From positions 1,302,001 through 1,366,000 of the forward strand of contig CM052825.1 of NCBI GenBank assembly GCA_028534125.1: a stretch of DNA of 64,000 nucleotides. Reading direction: 5' to 3'. A program made the translations under genes and the position numbers. Source of the stretch: Lama glama. Its lineage: Eukaryota. Positions 49,965-63,179 of the stretch are shown here, piece after piece (the first letter of the stretch is position 1; each line of letters opens with the position of its first letter). The notes below the pieces were generated by a model. That model was not told the origin of the DNA. It worked only from the letters and a program-made list of their open reading frames with translations, and did not search any database.

Positions 49965-50850
49965 TGTTTGTTTTGTTTTAAATTAACAGACATCACTGTT
50001 AGAGCAGTTTTAGGTTTACAGAAAGCTGAGTTCCCGTACGACTCCCACCCAGGCCCCCCCATCAGCAGCCCGGATGTTTGTTACGACATGGGAACTGACA
50101 GAGACATGGTAGTATTAACTCAAGTGCACAGCTTTCACCTCGCGTGGCATCAGGGAAACGCAGTTACAGCAGCAGTGAGATACCACCCACTCCGTCAGAA
50201 CGGGCAGAACAGTGACACTGGCAGCAGCAAACAGCGGCAAGAACACGGGGAACAGGAACCTCACTCCCGGCGCCACGGCACGCCTGCAGGCCCGGAGGCA
50301 GCAGCCCCACGTCTGTGCTCCTTCAGCGCTGCGCTGGCTCCTCTGAGCCTCTTGCTCTCAAACAAACTGGAGAATCAACTTGCCGCTATCCACAAGATAA
50401 AACACCATGCCAGGATTCTGACCGAGACCGCACTACACCTATAGACCACGTCTGGAAGAGCTGGCGTGGCGACAGCACTGCGTCTTCCTATCCATGAACA
50501 TGGAACATCTCTGCACTCACCCAGATCTCTGACGGCTTGCATCACAGCTCCACAGCTGTCACGCAGATCTCGTACGCAACTTTCTAGATTTACACTTAAG
50601 CATCTCCATTTGTTTGCTTCGGTACTAATGTAGGTGGTGTGCTTTAATTTCCGACTGCGAGTGTTCGCTGCTGGTGACGCAGTACGCCTGACGTGCGCCC
50701 TACAATATTGCTGCGTACTGGCTCTGCGAGTTTCCTGGCTGATTCTCTGGGATCTTCTGCACGGACGGTCACGTCATCCTCCTTCCCGCAGTATGAGGTT
50801 AAGCTGGACACCCTTGCCTTGATCCTAAACTTCACAGGAAAGAATCCAGC
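49965..50850. mobile_element. Composite L1MC-type element: 3' end (-) ~49965-50140, short (+) piece ~50145-50270, ORF2 piece (-) ~50310-50850
   Basis: ttagagcagttttaggtttacagaaa (L1MC 3' end, antisense); catcagggaaacgcag...agtgagataccac (sense); tcttcctatccatgaacatggaacatctct and gacacccttgccttgatcct (antisense ORF2). Confidence 0.75.
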
Positions 50851-51579
50851 TTCTTACTGGGATGAGGGATGGAAATATCGGACACAAGTCAGCCTCTCCA
50901 TCCACCACAGTTCGAAGAAGACTCTGCCCACTTAGGCAGCGACAAGCACCACGGAGCCCAAGTGAGCTCTCTGCGGAGGGCACATCCCCTCCCATTAAGG
51001 ACTATTCTTGGACCCCAGGGGTCTCACACTCTCAGGGCACACGGAGACCCCGCTGCACTCCAGGGAGCATAGCAAGGCTGCCCGAGTTTCTAATGTCACC
51101 AGAAATCGGGTGGGAAGCGACCTGGCGCCAGGCAGCCTCCCATGCTGATCATCTGAAACAGGAGCACCGGGCGGGAAGACCAGCCCCGCTGCTGCGGACC
51201 AGAGGTGCCCCCTCCAACCACCCCCACACGGGGCAAAACTGGCCTTTTCTGTAAGACACGAACACCACCTTCCCAGAAACACCAAAACTGGGGACATCTT
51301 CCCAGACATTTAACGACTGGTATCCTTGAATTCCAGGTGAAGCAACGTTATAAAATGCCCTCTAAACTCCAACCAGGATTTCAAAGAGACAACACCACAT
51401 GGAAAGGTGAGACCAGCCACAGATGGTGTCAGAGGACAGGGAGCACCCATCCTCTGGCCCTCCCTCCACCCAAGGAGGGACGGACCCCCCCCCCCCCGTG
51501 CTGTGGGCCCCTGCGGGCCTGCTCCGGGCCTGCCCTCACCCACAGATCTGTGCGGGGCCCGCCCTCCTCACGGACGCCA

Positions 51580-51900
51580 GCCACAACAGACCGGGTGCAG
51601 AGCAGATGTGAGACTCCAGCTGCCTTCTATTTAACCGACAGTAAAGAGACCTGCAAAAACGCTGAACAATGACACTCCTCCAAGTCCTTTCTTTAAAAAT
51701 ATTTTTATAAGTACATTTTCTATTAGGAGCTAATGAGTTGTTTTTAATGAAATTATAAACACAATTATAAATAATTTTTTTACTTTTTCTTTCAATTTCC
51801 AAAAATAGTGAATATTAATAAATACGACTCCTACAGACACAAGCGTGTGTTCCCTGCAGTTGTGTGGTGTAAGGAGGCCCTGAGACTGCAGGTGCGGGCA
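51580..51900 (+). mobile_element. Charlie1-like hAT DNA transposon, 3' remnant
   Basis: gcagatgtgagactccagctgccttctatttaaccgacagtaaagagacctgcaaaaacg resembles the Charlie1 transposase C-terminus (ADMRIQLSSIKPDIKEICKN). It is followed by an AT-rich stretch and aaaatagtgaatatt...tgtaaggaggccctgagac, resembling the subterminal end. Confidence 0.7.
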
Positions 51901-52311
51901 GTGCGGGGCAGGGAGGGCGGGCGCCGGCGTGCCAGGGGCCAGGCGTCCAACCTCTGGGGGCCCACGTGCTCAACCCTCAACCATCCACTCACAGCACGTG
52001 TGAGCAGTGAAAAGCGTGCTCGGAAGGATGAATGTATTTAGCAGAGTCCTAAATCCACATGTTGGGGTGAGTTCCAAGCACCTGCGTCTTTAGGGTGTTT
52101 TCCCCCACGTAATTCTTACGCAGCTGATGGCAACCCAGGAGACTCTGGCGCTGGGAAGCACACAAGCTCAGCACCGCACAACCCCCGCTCCTTGTTCTCT
52201 AACTGGTCCCCAGGCAGGAGGAAGGCCCCCAGGCGCGGCCGCACTCCTTACTTCGTGCAGACGCCCACAGCAGCAGACAGGGAGCTGGAAACAGGTGTCC
52301 AGTGCCCAGTG

Positions 52312-52752
52312 TGTGGCACAGGAATGAAGGGGCAGGGCACAGCAATGAACGGATGCGGAGGGGACAAGCCATGGGGAAAACTGGGGAGAACCAACTGGAC
52401 CCCAGATGGCTTCTCCTAGACCTCGAGCCTCGCTGTAACACACAAGCTGCTAAATGACACGCCCGCAGGCGCCAAGGCTGACCGTACAATGCCAGAAGAT
52501 GGGCGGTGGCCCAATTCCTGGAAATCCTCCCCGATTCCCCAAAATAGTTAGAATATTCCTCCCGCTCATTAGCCATGAAAGGAGCCAGCCCATAAACGAA
52601 CCTGAGGACCGCGTGTCTCTTCATAACCTTGCTTTCACTTTACTGCAGCTCACTCTTGAGTTCCTGCCTGTAGGGGTCAAGGGCCCTCACTGGGCGTCCG
52701 TCCCAGGGGCTCGCTCGCATCTGGGATTGTGGTATTTCCTTTGCCTGCCACA
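52312..52752 (+). mobile_element. MER41-like (MER41_BT-type) ERV1 solo LTR, complete
   Basis: Termini TGTGGCA...TGCCACA form a 7-bp inverted repeat. 4-bp TSD AGTG at 52308-52311 and 52753-52756. Internal gctaaatgacacgcccgcaggcgcca and gggcggtggcccaattcctggaaatcctccccg...aaaatagttagaatattcctcccgctcattagcc match the remembered MER41-family consensus. Confidence 0.88.
52515..52543. promoter_or_regulatory. STAT GAS motif plus a degenerate second GAS inside the LTR
   Basis: TTCCTGGAA at 52515-52523 fits TTCN3GAA. TTCCCCAAA at 52535-52543 has one mismatch and starts 20 bp later. Confidence 0.55.
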
Positions 52753-55700
52753 AGTGGATGGACCACATGGCCCAGTCACAGCTAAACCCATCGTCCCAGA
52801 GGGTGCAGAATGCGTTTCTTTGCCTTGGGGCCGGGAAGGCCCGGAAGAGGGTCTCGTGACCCTCGGGGCCACCGGGCTGACGAGCATGGAACCGCACAGG
52901 AGGGCACAGGCCCGGGGACAGGCCCCCCGCAGCTCACTGGACTCCAGCGCGCACGAGTCACGAAGCCGAGGGGAAGCGGCGCAGAGTGGGGCTCCGTGAC
53001 GTGGCGTGGGGTCAGCACGGGGACCCAGCAAGACGCCGGTGTTGTCTCCAGTACTCAGCAAAGAAATGCCTGAACTCTGTCCCTACCTGTGTCATGCAGC
53101 TTCGTAACAGGACCCAAACCTGCACGCCCAAGCGCCCCCTGGAGCCCCTGCTCCATGGTAAGCTGACCTGGTGACCAGGCGGGCCCCCCCCCACAGCCCT
53201 GCCTCAGCTCCTCTCTGAAGCACCCTGAAACCAGCATCTGACGCACCTCCCAGCTTGTTGTACAGATGCTAACCCCCCCCCCCCCGCCAAACGGAATTAA
53301 CTGCACGAAGCCCCCAGGGCTCCTGGGGCCTCAGGAGAGACTGATAGTGTTAACCCTGCGACACCGCCCTGCGACCTCACAGTCAACCAGTCAGAGAACC
53401 CTGCCCGAGCTGATCACAGGTGCTGCCACCCCTCCCTCACCTGACCTTCAAAAGGCTTCCAAAGCCCATCGGGGAGTTGGGGTGCTCTGAGCACCAGCTG
53501 CCTGGACTCCTTGCTGGGCGCCTGCAGTAAATGCTGCACGTCCCTTCACCACAGCCCGCTGTCAACAGACTGGCTTCACTGCGCAGGTGAGGGGACCGAG
53601 TCTGGTTCAGAAACAACCTGAGCACGCGGTCTGTGCTCTCAGACACCGAGCAAGGCCTTAGGCCCGGGCATCAGAGGGACGGCGCCTCCCCGTTCTGCCA
53701 CCTCCCTACACCCACTCTGAGCTGGGTTACGGGGGGCCGGGGCCACTGAGGGAGTAGGGACCCGCCTGCTAACGTCTGCCAACAAGGCAGGAAAGTGTGC
53801 TGAGGCTGCCTAGGACCTTGGACAACCGCCGCCCCCCGCCTGCGGACGAGATCCCCATGTGTGTCCCCGGGCTTGTCCTCAGGGATGAGCCGGCAGCAGC
53901 TGGGCCTCGTGGCTGCGCGGGAAGCTCTCTGGCTCAGGCTGTCAAGTCCACACCAGGAAAGCTGAGAGAAGCATCACCAGAGACCGAGAAGAGACGGAGC
54001 CCAGAGCAGGAGGCGGGCACAGGACACCCGCGCCCTTGGGTACGGGGACCCCACCCTCAGCCTCACAGGACGGAGGATCCAGGGGCCCTGCCCGTCCGCC
54101 CTGGCTCTGGCTACAAGGACGGCGCTGCTTCCTCCCGCCAGGACTCCTTGAGTGCCTTCCAATCAGCCAAGGAAGCAGAAGCCTCAAGGCCCTGAAAGGG
54201 CCAGGGCTCCTTCACCAAAGGGTCCTTCACCCTGCCTTCACCCAAAGACAGACAGACCCCGCTCAGGAACGGCCCCCTTCTGCTCCTGTGCAGCGTTTGC
54301 GCAAACCTAGATTCCAATGCCACCTTTCGGGGCGGCCAGTGAAGAAGCTTTTGTCTGCTTGCTGACGTTCCTGTCTGCGGCCCCGGGTGGAGGCACCGCA
54401 CTAGGTCTCGGCCCTCACCGGCACCCACGTGGTGCAGGGACCCACCGCCCCCAGTTCTCCAGCCGCCCTGCAGAGCAGGCAGCATTCGCCTGGTCTTCCA
54501 GACAGGAAAGCGGCAGAGGTGCCGAGAACCTGAGGACGTGGAAGCGCCTGTCACCCTGGGGCCAGCGGCCAGCAGAGGCCGTAGGGCCCAGTCCTGGACG
54601 AGCAGACCGGCTCTCCTCCCACTGGCAGACGGCCCTGAAGCATCCGGCCACTTCCGGGAGCTACGCCTGGCTTAGACCAGACCCACCCAAGAGCCCACAG
54701 CTCGTAGGCGACCTGCAGATGTCCTCCCAGGGCCTCTGCTTCTCGTCGGTCCTCAGTGTCTCCACTCAGCTCCCCACCACCCAACGTCCTGGAGACAGAG
54801 GCTCGGCCAGACTCCCCAGTGCCCAGACGTGAAGAAACAGCAATACCCCAGCTCTCAGACCAGCCCAGGCCAGCACCCCACACGTCCCCTGAGTGACCCT
54901 GGTGAGAATCCTGCAAGGAGAGGGCAGGTGCCTCCCCCTCCCCGACAGATCACGTGGGGGACCAGGGGCCCCGCACTGACGCAGAAGAGCCAGGAACACA
55001 GCCACCGTCCCACTGGGGGCTGGACTCTTCCCTGCGCCAAGCTGCCTCAAATGCAGGACTGAAGCTGGTGCCAGTAACAGGGCACTTCTGTGCCAGACAC
55101 GAGGAGGAGGAGGGAGGAGAGGCCAGGGCACTCGGCCACCAGAGGCCGACTGGTGCATCTCAGAGGAAGGTGCACTCCACGTCCAGACCAAGCACCTGTC
55201 CCTTTACATCCTGCTCCAGAGGGAAAGAGGTGGCATCCTCCCAGCTCCGTGGAAGGCACAGGCCAGACCAGGAGAAACCCACAGCGTGACAGGGCCGGGG
55301 ACAGGCCAGCCGGGGCCTGCACGCTGCAGGACGGCAGGTGAGCCTGAGGATGCACTGCCTCCCACAGAAGTTTTCCTACAGCAAACGCCACTCAACCAAC
55401 CTCTCAGAAGCTGATGTCATCTTGGGGATGAACATTTTTTTCCTGTGCTTGAATAAAAGGGACAGTTTCACATTTTATCCACTTCCACGTTCCTTAACAA
55501 TAAAAACTTATTTAAAAGGCCTATGAATATGTAAATGACATTTTAAATATGGAAATGCAAAACATGCAAGAAAACAGTCTGGGTGTGAAATATTAATGGC
55601 ACCTCATCTCGCTGAGGAGAGACAACACCAGCTGGCTGAAGGCAGCGGAGGAGCCCAGCCCCTGCTCAGCTGAGAGCGGTGCCCGGCCGGGCGCTCCCCG

Positions 55701-58399
55701 GAGGAGGAGCTGCCTTCGCCCAGAGGCCGCCCGGGCGAGCCGCTGAGGACCAACTCCTTGCCCTGCCGCCGCCGGCCACCTCTGCTCCGTCACTCGCCCC
55801 TCGGGAGCCACCGTGCCAAGTCCAGGGTCTCTGCCAGGCAGCCTCGGACCGCACAAGCTCGACCAGCATGGCGTCTGCACTGCCCGCTGCTGGCAGAGTG
55901 AGAGCAGGGTCAGGAGGGCTCCGTGAGGAAGGATCGCCCCGGGGCAGGAGCACAGGGTCACCTCCAGGGTCAGCGGCAGGGCTGTGGCTAAAGGCCAGGC
56001 CGGGCAGACTCACCCACAGGGCCTGTGTAGGCCACAAGCACGACCTCTGGGCGGCCGCACACCAGGTGTGTCCATGGAAGTCAGGGCCCCGAAAGCACGA
56101 GGCCGACGGCCCCATCAGAGTAACGGCATCCTTCTTACAGAAAATCCCGCCACCCTCCCTCCAGGGAGCCCTGGGGCTTTAGTGACCCTCTTCCAAGGGG
56201 ACTCTCTGACAGGACAGGAGGCCAAGGAGGACAGAGCTCTTGCTGCTCACAGTGTGGTCCCTGGGCCAACAGTACCAGCAGCCCCGGAGCCTGCGGGACG
56301 GGGTACGGCACGTGGTCCCCACTCCATACCTGCTGGACCAGGGCCTGCGCTGAAAGGCCCACGGGCAACCCTCGTACTCGCTGAGCTGAGAGTCTGCTGC
56401 GAGGCCGCCCCGCAGAAATCACAGCAGGGCGGCCAACAAGCCCCCCAGCACCGTGGACGCCTGGGGAGCTAGGTCACCGCAGGACCCCTGCAGCCATGGG
56501 CTTCCCCACACAGCCCTGATTCTCCCCCATGCCGCCCTCCACTCTCCTCCTTCCCCTCCCTCCCCCCACTCTAACCAGCCACAAAATCGAGAGGCTTGGT
56601 AATGGTACTCTCTTTGGGGAGGCCACTGAGGAGGCTCTGAGGACAGAGCTGGAGAAAGCGGCTCCACGGCTGCAGGCACCACCTCACGTCCAAACACAGG
56701 CACTGCAGGCAGGTGCAGCCCACACCCTGTGCCCCCTGGAGGAGGCGGGGGTGCCAACCCCGCTCTGGAGATGATGGAAATGAAGGCCTCGCAGGGAGCC
56801 CGGACCCCCAGAGGCCAGCGCTGGGGCAGAGCTGCACATCCTGCCTCCTTGGTCATCAATCTGCCTCGGGCAGCAAGGCGCCCCTGTGTGCAGCAGACAT
56901 GCCCCCGTCACAGTCCAGGCTGAGAGCCGGCCCCCAGGCAGGAGCCTCAGAACACGACCCCCACGAGCTATCCGCTAACCCCTGCACCAACCGTGTGCAG
57001 GGTCCGCGTCTACTACACCACGTTCTCCGGACGAGAGGAGAGCCCCAAGATCTGCTCACCACCGCCCCCAGCAGAGCCCAATCGCCCAAGAGGGAAGCCG
57101 CCAACCACAGCGGCCGTTCAACTGCAAATTCAATTCACAGACACACCTCTTCTCTCACACCAGCCCCGTTCCAGTGGTCACTGCACCCAACAGCACACGG
57201 GTACAGCCCACAGGGGTCCCTCTGGATGGCGCGGCCCAGCCCCGACAGACGGCCATCCACAGCCGAGGCCTGTGCTCTGTCTCCTCACCGAAGCAACCAG
57301 CCGAGGAAGGCAGCCCCCGCGCACCCTCACAGAGACTCCACAGGGGCCCCGGGAGACGGTCAGCATGCGAATAAACATCACCCTGACCGATTCACAGCTG
57401 AGAGGATGGGGCTCCAGAGAGCGGGGCTTCCCCAAGATCTGAGCCAGTGAGCGGAAGAAAGACGCAGGGACGAAGCTACAAATCGGAGCCCCTGACAGGC
57501 CCAGCCGGGCGTCTGCAGGGGCTGGGGGGGGGCCATGCCGTCTCAGCGCTCCCCCGGGCCGGGGCAGGGTCTCCCACCAGGGCCACGTGAACTGAGCGAC
57601 CAGCACCCGCTGAGCGAGCTCAGCCCCGTGGGAAGGAGAGGCTCCAGGTTGAGAGCCAGCCAGCTCAGCGCCTACGCGCCACACTGGGTCCCTGGAACCT
57701 GCCACGAGGAGGGCGCAGAGAAGGCCCATTAGACACGGGCTGGCAACACACCGCCCACCAAAGCCCATAACATCGTGTGGCATCGAGAGCTGGACGGACA
57801 GGCCAGGTCTCAGTCTCCAGCACTGAAAACCCTGGGGGCTGCCGCTCACTCAGACCCTACGCCCAGCACAGAACAGGCAACTCCCCACACGGCTTCCATG
57901 CACACCTTCCAAGGACGACAAAGGGTCAAGTGCGCCCGGGAATGTCCCCAGGGGGTGCACCTGGGTCATCCTGCAGGAAGCTGAGGCAGACTGGCGGTGG
58001 CCCAAGGCCAACACTACAGTGCAGGCTTCCCTAGGGTCCTCCCGGGCAGGGCCACCGGTGATCACTGAGCCCGTGGATGCCCACAAGGCGGGGTGCCACG
58101 CACAGTGGGGCAGCCACCCCGGAGGCCTCATCCACCTTGTTGAATGAGTGTATGATGATGAGGGAATGGACGGGCTGGGCCCCACTCTGGGTCCAGGGAG
58201 CTTCTGTGGCCATGGAGGACACAGCCCAGTGAAGGCGGCTACACACAGCGCCACTTCAGACAGAGTGACCTGGAAATGCCTGAGCCCCAGGCCCAGCAGG
58301 GAGGGCCCAGCTGCACCGGGCTACCTGAGAGAGGAGTGTTCCAGGCGAGGGTGTCACTGGGCCCGGGCCAACTCTCATCTCCACTGCCCCCGAATCACT

Positions 58400-58830
58400 C
58401 GCGTCCAGGTCATGAGGACTCCAGCCGTGTCCGCTGCACCCCCGTCTGCCCAACAGCCGCAGGCCGTGGGCAGGGCTGTGTCCTCACCCACCTACAGGGA
58501 GGCGTCCTACACACCTCCAATCCAGATCTCCGAGCCGATGCAGACTCCCCAGCCTCTACCTGGCTGTCGGACAGGCTCCTTGATACCATCTCGTCCAAAG
58601 CTGGACTCCCAGTGCCCTCTGCCTCCACCTGCTCTGCTGTGTTCTCTGTGGACGGACGAGGCAGACCCACATCTCACGTGCTCTCCCCAGAACCCCACCC
58701 TGGTCTCTGTGTCCTGCCTGTCACATCTGATCCACAGCAAAGCCTGCAGCCCTGGCTCCCAGGTGTGCCAGCACGTTGAACCCTCCGGACTTCTGTGCCC
58801 ACCCCCGAGACACACTGTCCCCTCCTGAGC
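58400..58830 (+). mobile_element. L2 fragment
   Basis: C/T-rich, with tctacctggctgtc...catctcgtccaaagctggactcc...cacatctgatccacagcaaagcctgcagc in L2 order. Confidence 0.55.
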
Positions 58831-58980
58831 CCGCTGGACACTCCCCATGGCCCGCCCTGAGTCACCCCAGAAGGCACACGCCCCAGGAACCAGTGAGGAT
58901 GACGGTCAGGACAACTCGCTACCAGTCTGCTCGCTGCGCCAGCGAGTCCAACACTTTCCAACAACAACCCTACCTGTCAT

Positions 58981-59007
58981 CACCACCGCCACCGCCACCG
59001 CCACCAC
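58981..59007. repeat. (CCACCG)n short tandem repeat
   Basis: caccaccgccaccgccaccgccaccac. Confidence 0.85.
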
Positions 59008-60119
59008 AGGACACACAGAGAAGGGCTTGTAAAAGTGGGGACACAAGGACACACAGCTCTTCAGTGGCGGGGCCAAGACTCAAGCACAAGCAGCCTGTGC
59101 TCAGACCAGTGAAAGCTCCCAAGCCCTCACCCGCCCACGTCAGGCAAGGCATGAAACCCACGCAGATGCACAGGGACAGGTCCCCGGTCATCATCAACCT
59201 TCCGTGCCCGCCTCTGGCTTTGCTGGCCTCAGGACAGCTAAGTCCACTGTAACTCAGGCAGACACAAGGGACAAAGGTGACAAGGCCTGAATGTATTCCA
59301 AAAGGTTTGAAAGCAGAGTCAAAGTGGTTTGCACAAACAGTGGGAAGAGAGCTGCATTAAGAATCGTGACCCCCCCACTGATCTTAACCGAACCCTGCGA
59401 GGTGAAGACGCACCCATCAACCTGGCAGGTGCCAGGAGAACACAGCAGCCCTGGGACCACCTGCCCTGAGGCTGGCGACCACTCTCTCACCCGCTCCTCC
59501 TTGAGCCCCCTTCACTCATCTCCCAGCACCACCCGGAGCCCTGGCAGCACCACAGGGGCGGCCCAGCACAGCCCCGCCGTCAGTGGGCCCAGCACGGCAC
59601 TGGGGGGCCTGCGGCGGGGTCCAGGACCACCAGCCAGGGTTGTAAGGCAGGACCGCAACTCCAGGTGCTTCAGGCCCCTCACGCTCTGACAGTCGGAGGC
59701 CAAGGCTCTTCTGAGGCACTGAGAGCCCAGGGGAGGGAAGATGTGGTCTTCAAAACGAAACACTGTCACCAGAGCAGCCCAGAGCTAGAGCACGCCTCTG
59801 GGCGGGAACAGGGAGCGGCGAAGGCTGACAGTCCAGCCGCTCATCAGCCCGGAGAGCCGGCCCGGCAACCGCGCAGCGCCCAGCAGACGGGGACGCGGAG
59901 GCCGCTCTTCTTCCACGCCCGTCAGGGGCTTCCCTCCACCGACTTCCGCAGGCAGCTACCTGAAATCTGCGTCAAGGAAGGTGGCCTGAGGCGTCACACC
60001 AGCAGGCAGCCCTGAGCCGGACCGCGGGCCCACGATGCCCGTCTCTCCGGAGATGCGTGCTGGGGGCTCTCCACAGCCACACCGACCCCGTCTCAGGGAC
60101 CTGGGCTCTGGCTTCAAGC

Positions 60120-60270
60120 AAACCTGTGGAGCTCTGGAGACAGCAGACCAGGATTTAGACCCTATCTCTACAGCTTCCTGGCTGCTAACGGGGGCTCAGC
60201 TGTCTGTGCTGTGAAACAGGGCAGTGGCACCTCCTGTAGCCTTGGCACAGAGCCCGGCAAGGCACTCACC
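60120..60270. mobile_element. MIR SINE remnant
   Basis: ggagctctggagacagcagaccaggatttagaccctatctct...ctgtgaaacaggg...ccttggcacagagcccggca. Confidence 0.5.
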
Positions 60271-62139
60271 CTGTCAACCTTCACCGCTCTCCCACCACCA
60301 TGCCACCTGTGCAGGTGAGAAACCGGGACCCAAGAAGCCCCCGCTCCACTCCACCACCGCTCTCCAAAGTGGGGCCTTCATTCCCAGCAAAGCAAAGAAA
60401 CCCAGAGCTCGCAACCCCGTGAGTCCCTGCGCGAGCTTCCCACCCCTGCTCCCCGAGGTTACCCGTGACGTCCAACACACGACACCACAGCCGCAGTCCC
60501 AACCAGGAAGAGGCGCGGCCTCTGGTCCGCCCCGGCACGCAGCATCCCCGGCTCCACTCGCGGCAGGGCAGGAGCTGCGCACTGGCTGGGTACTAGGTCG
60601 CTGGGTCCCGAAGCTGTCAGGATGCTCCCAGGCCCCGCAGGCAGGTGGCTGCATGGCAGCGTCACGGGAGAACGGTGACAGAGGACATAGCTAAACCTGA
60701 GTACTCGCGTGTCCTCAGCACGTCTCCAGAGGAACAACTCAGCCTCCACGAACTGAAACTGAAGCCAGGACAGCCGTGCAAGAATGGCAAGGTTCCGGGG
60801 CTGCGACGAATCTCCTGTCCACTGACAGACATGTTCGCACGAGTGACCCACAGGCCCTGCGGCTGCCTGAGATGCCCACGAGGGAAAAACACAGAGACGC
60901 CTGACGGTTCACGACAGCCCTCCAACAGAGAGGCACACCAACACTCACCCCCAAAGGACACCTCAGGGTGCTGACCAAAGCTCTGCCCGGACTCCGGCCC
61001 TGCAAGCCCGGGGGCCTTGCTGTCTCACAGCTGCACGTCACCTGTGGCTCCCAGGTGCCTCACCGCCACCCTGCCCCCTCAGAGCAGCCCTGTAAGACAC
61101 CAGCCCCACTTTGACATGGGAAGCGCAGATGCGCATAAAGCCAGCAACTACCGGAGGCAGAAGGCACCCTCCTTCTCTGCAACCTGGAGGCTCGGGGAGG
61201 TCCGTGCCTCTCAACGCCCCGGGCCCAACACTGGGATGAGGCCCAGGCTTCCCGTCTGCAGGCGGAGGGCACAGACGTCCAAGAGGGGAAGATCCCAGCC
61301 AAACTTACGGCAGGTGCAGAACCAGGGCTCCTCGGTGATGTGGGGTCAAAGCCTCAACCCCCGTACAGGAGCACTCTTCCCTGCCCCAGGCTGGTGGCGG
61401 CCCTGCGTGCGGCGCCCAGGTGGCCGGCACCGTACCTTCCCAGAATGAGCAGGCGCTGCTTCTCCGCTCAGCTGCTGTGCAGTGCACGGTGCTCTGCTTC
61501 TCCCTTCACTCACTTCACAGAAGGCTGGGATGGGATGCCCCTTAGCTGCTGTGGCTGACCCGGGACTCGGCAGCGTGCGTGGGATGGGGTCCTCCCCAGG
61601 TAAGTCAGCCGGGCGCTATGGTGGCAACCTTGGACAGAGGCTGGTGCAGACCTCAGCAAGGGCCCTGAGAACCCAGCGAAGGAGACAGAGTACGGGGCCC
61701 GCGCTCCCGCCGGGACCCCGCAGGGCACTGGGTCAGCGCCTGCTGACTTACCCTTTCCAGGTGGGGAACGTACATCGAACCCTGGGGCCCGAGCCCCGCC
61801 TGCCTGGGAACTGGCCAGACCCCGAGCTTTCACCCTCCTGCCAAGGGGCTTCTTCCCTGCTAACCTGAGTTTCTGCCCAACTGCCACTGAAGACGTGCAG
61901 AAATGACATCAGTGGGCCTGACCTCACGAGGTCCCCTGGCCCTCCACGTGGAAACGTCCACATCGCTCTGCCGTCTGTTGGAACAGCAGCCACCCAGACC
62001 CCTGCCGGCGTGAACGGCACTGTGCACCGCCTCCTCGCCGTCCTGGTCAGCGAGGGCCTCGAGGGCACGGGACCCCAGCTCCCGCGGCTCCTGAAGAAAT
62101 GAGTGCTCCCTATCGTCTGGGACCTCAAGAACGCTCCCA

Positions 62140-62460
62140 GGCTTCTCTGACCCATTCCATCACCTGAAGGAGAAAGATGCAGTGATGGCACCCTCCCCCA
62201 GGACCTCCATGAGATGAAATGAGGTTATGCACAGATCAGCTGGACACAGGAAATGGTCCTGAGGCGGTCACACAGTCAGGACGGTCAGGATCAAGAGCCA
62301 ACCACCCCACCCCAGGCAAGCAGTTGTCTGCAGGCCCTGTGCCACGTGCTGTCACACCACACCTCCCGACACCCAGACCTGACAGACAGGTGCCCATCCT
62401 GCAGACAAGGTGGCGCACAGGGCTCGTCTGGGGGTCTGAGATCACCCGTGCTCCCAGGGC
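62140..62460. mobile_element. Degenerate MIR fragments
   Basis: catgagatgaaatgaggttatgca; ggtcacacagtcagga; cccatcctgcagacaagg. Confidence 0.4.
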
Positions 62461-63179
62461 AGCTGCAACAGCTCCGAGGGAACCCGAGGGTCCCGAGAGG
62501 TGGACAAGCACCAGGGAGTCACGCAGACCACCTGCGCGCCGGGGAGGGCTGCTCCCTGAGGCAGAGTCCCACCGACGTCCCTCCCACGTCCCTCCCAGGG
62601 AAGAGCCGAGATGGCTGGATCTTCAGCTGTGACCGCAGCCGAGGGCGCTGCTGGTCCCGCAGGCGCCCATGGTCTCTAGGCGGCTGACCTTCCTGCTGCT
62701 GCTGCTCAGAAAACCTCAGAAAATACTTCACAGTTTGGGGGGAGAAAAACGCAGACACGCTTCCTTTCCCCTAACAGTTCATTCTGTTCCAAAATCAAAG
62801 TAAAACAAAGAGGATCGCCTGGAAAAACGTTGAGGCGTTCATTGCAAGTCGCTCTTAACATCCGCTTCATCCGACAGCAGCCTTGAGAGCAAAAGGCAAC
62901 CTCTGTCACTTGAGGGTTTCGACTAAATTGATGTGATTGTGTCGAACGTGACCAGATGCTTCTAAAAGCCACTTTTCAAGGAGACACCAGCCCCCAAAAT
63001 AGGAAAACCTTCCTTCAACTAATAAATTATTAAAACCCTACTGCACCGCGGGGTGAGGCTGTGGAGGAGAATCAGTGGCGGAAGACTGTCCTCACAGACC
63101 CACCCAGCCGGCCAGTCTGGCCGTGCGGGGCCCCGAGGGCCCCTCTGTGGCCACTGTCCTCCCAGCCCGTCCCCGAGCC

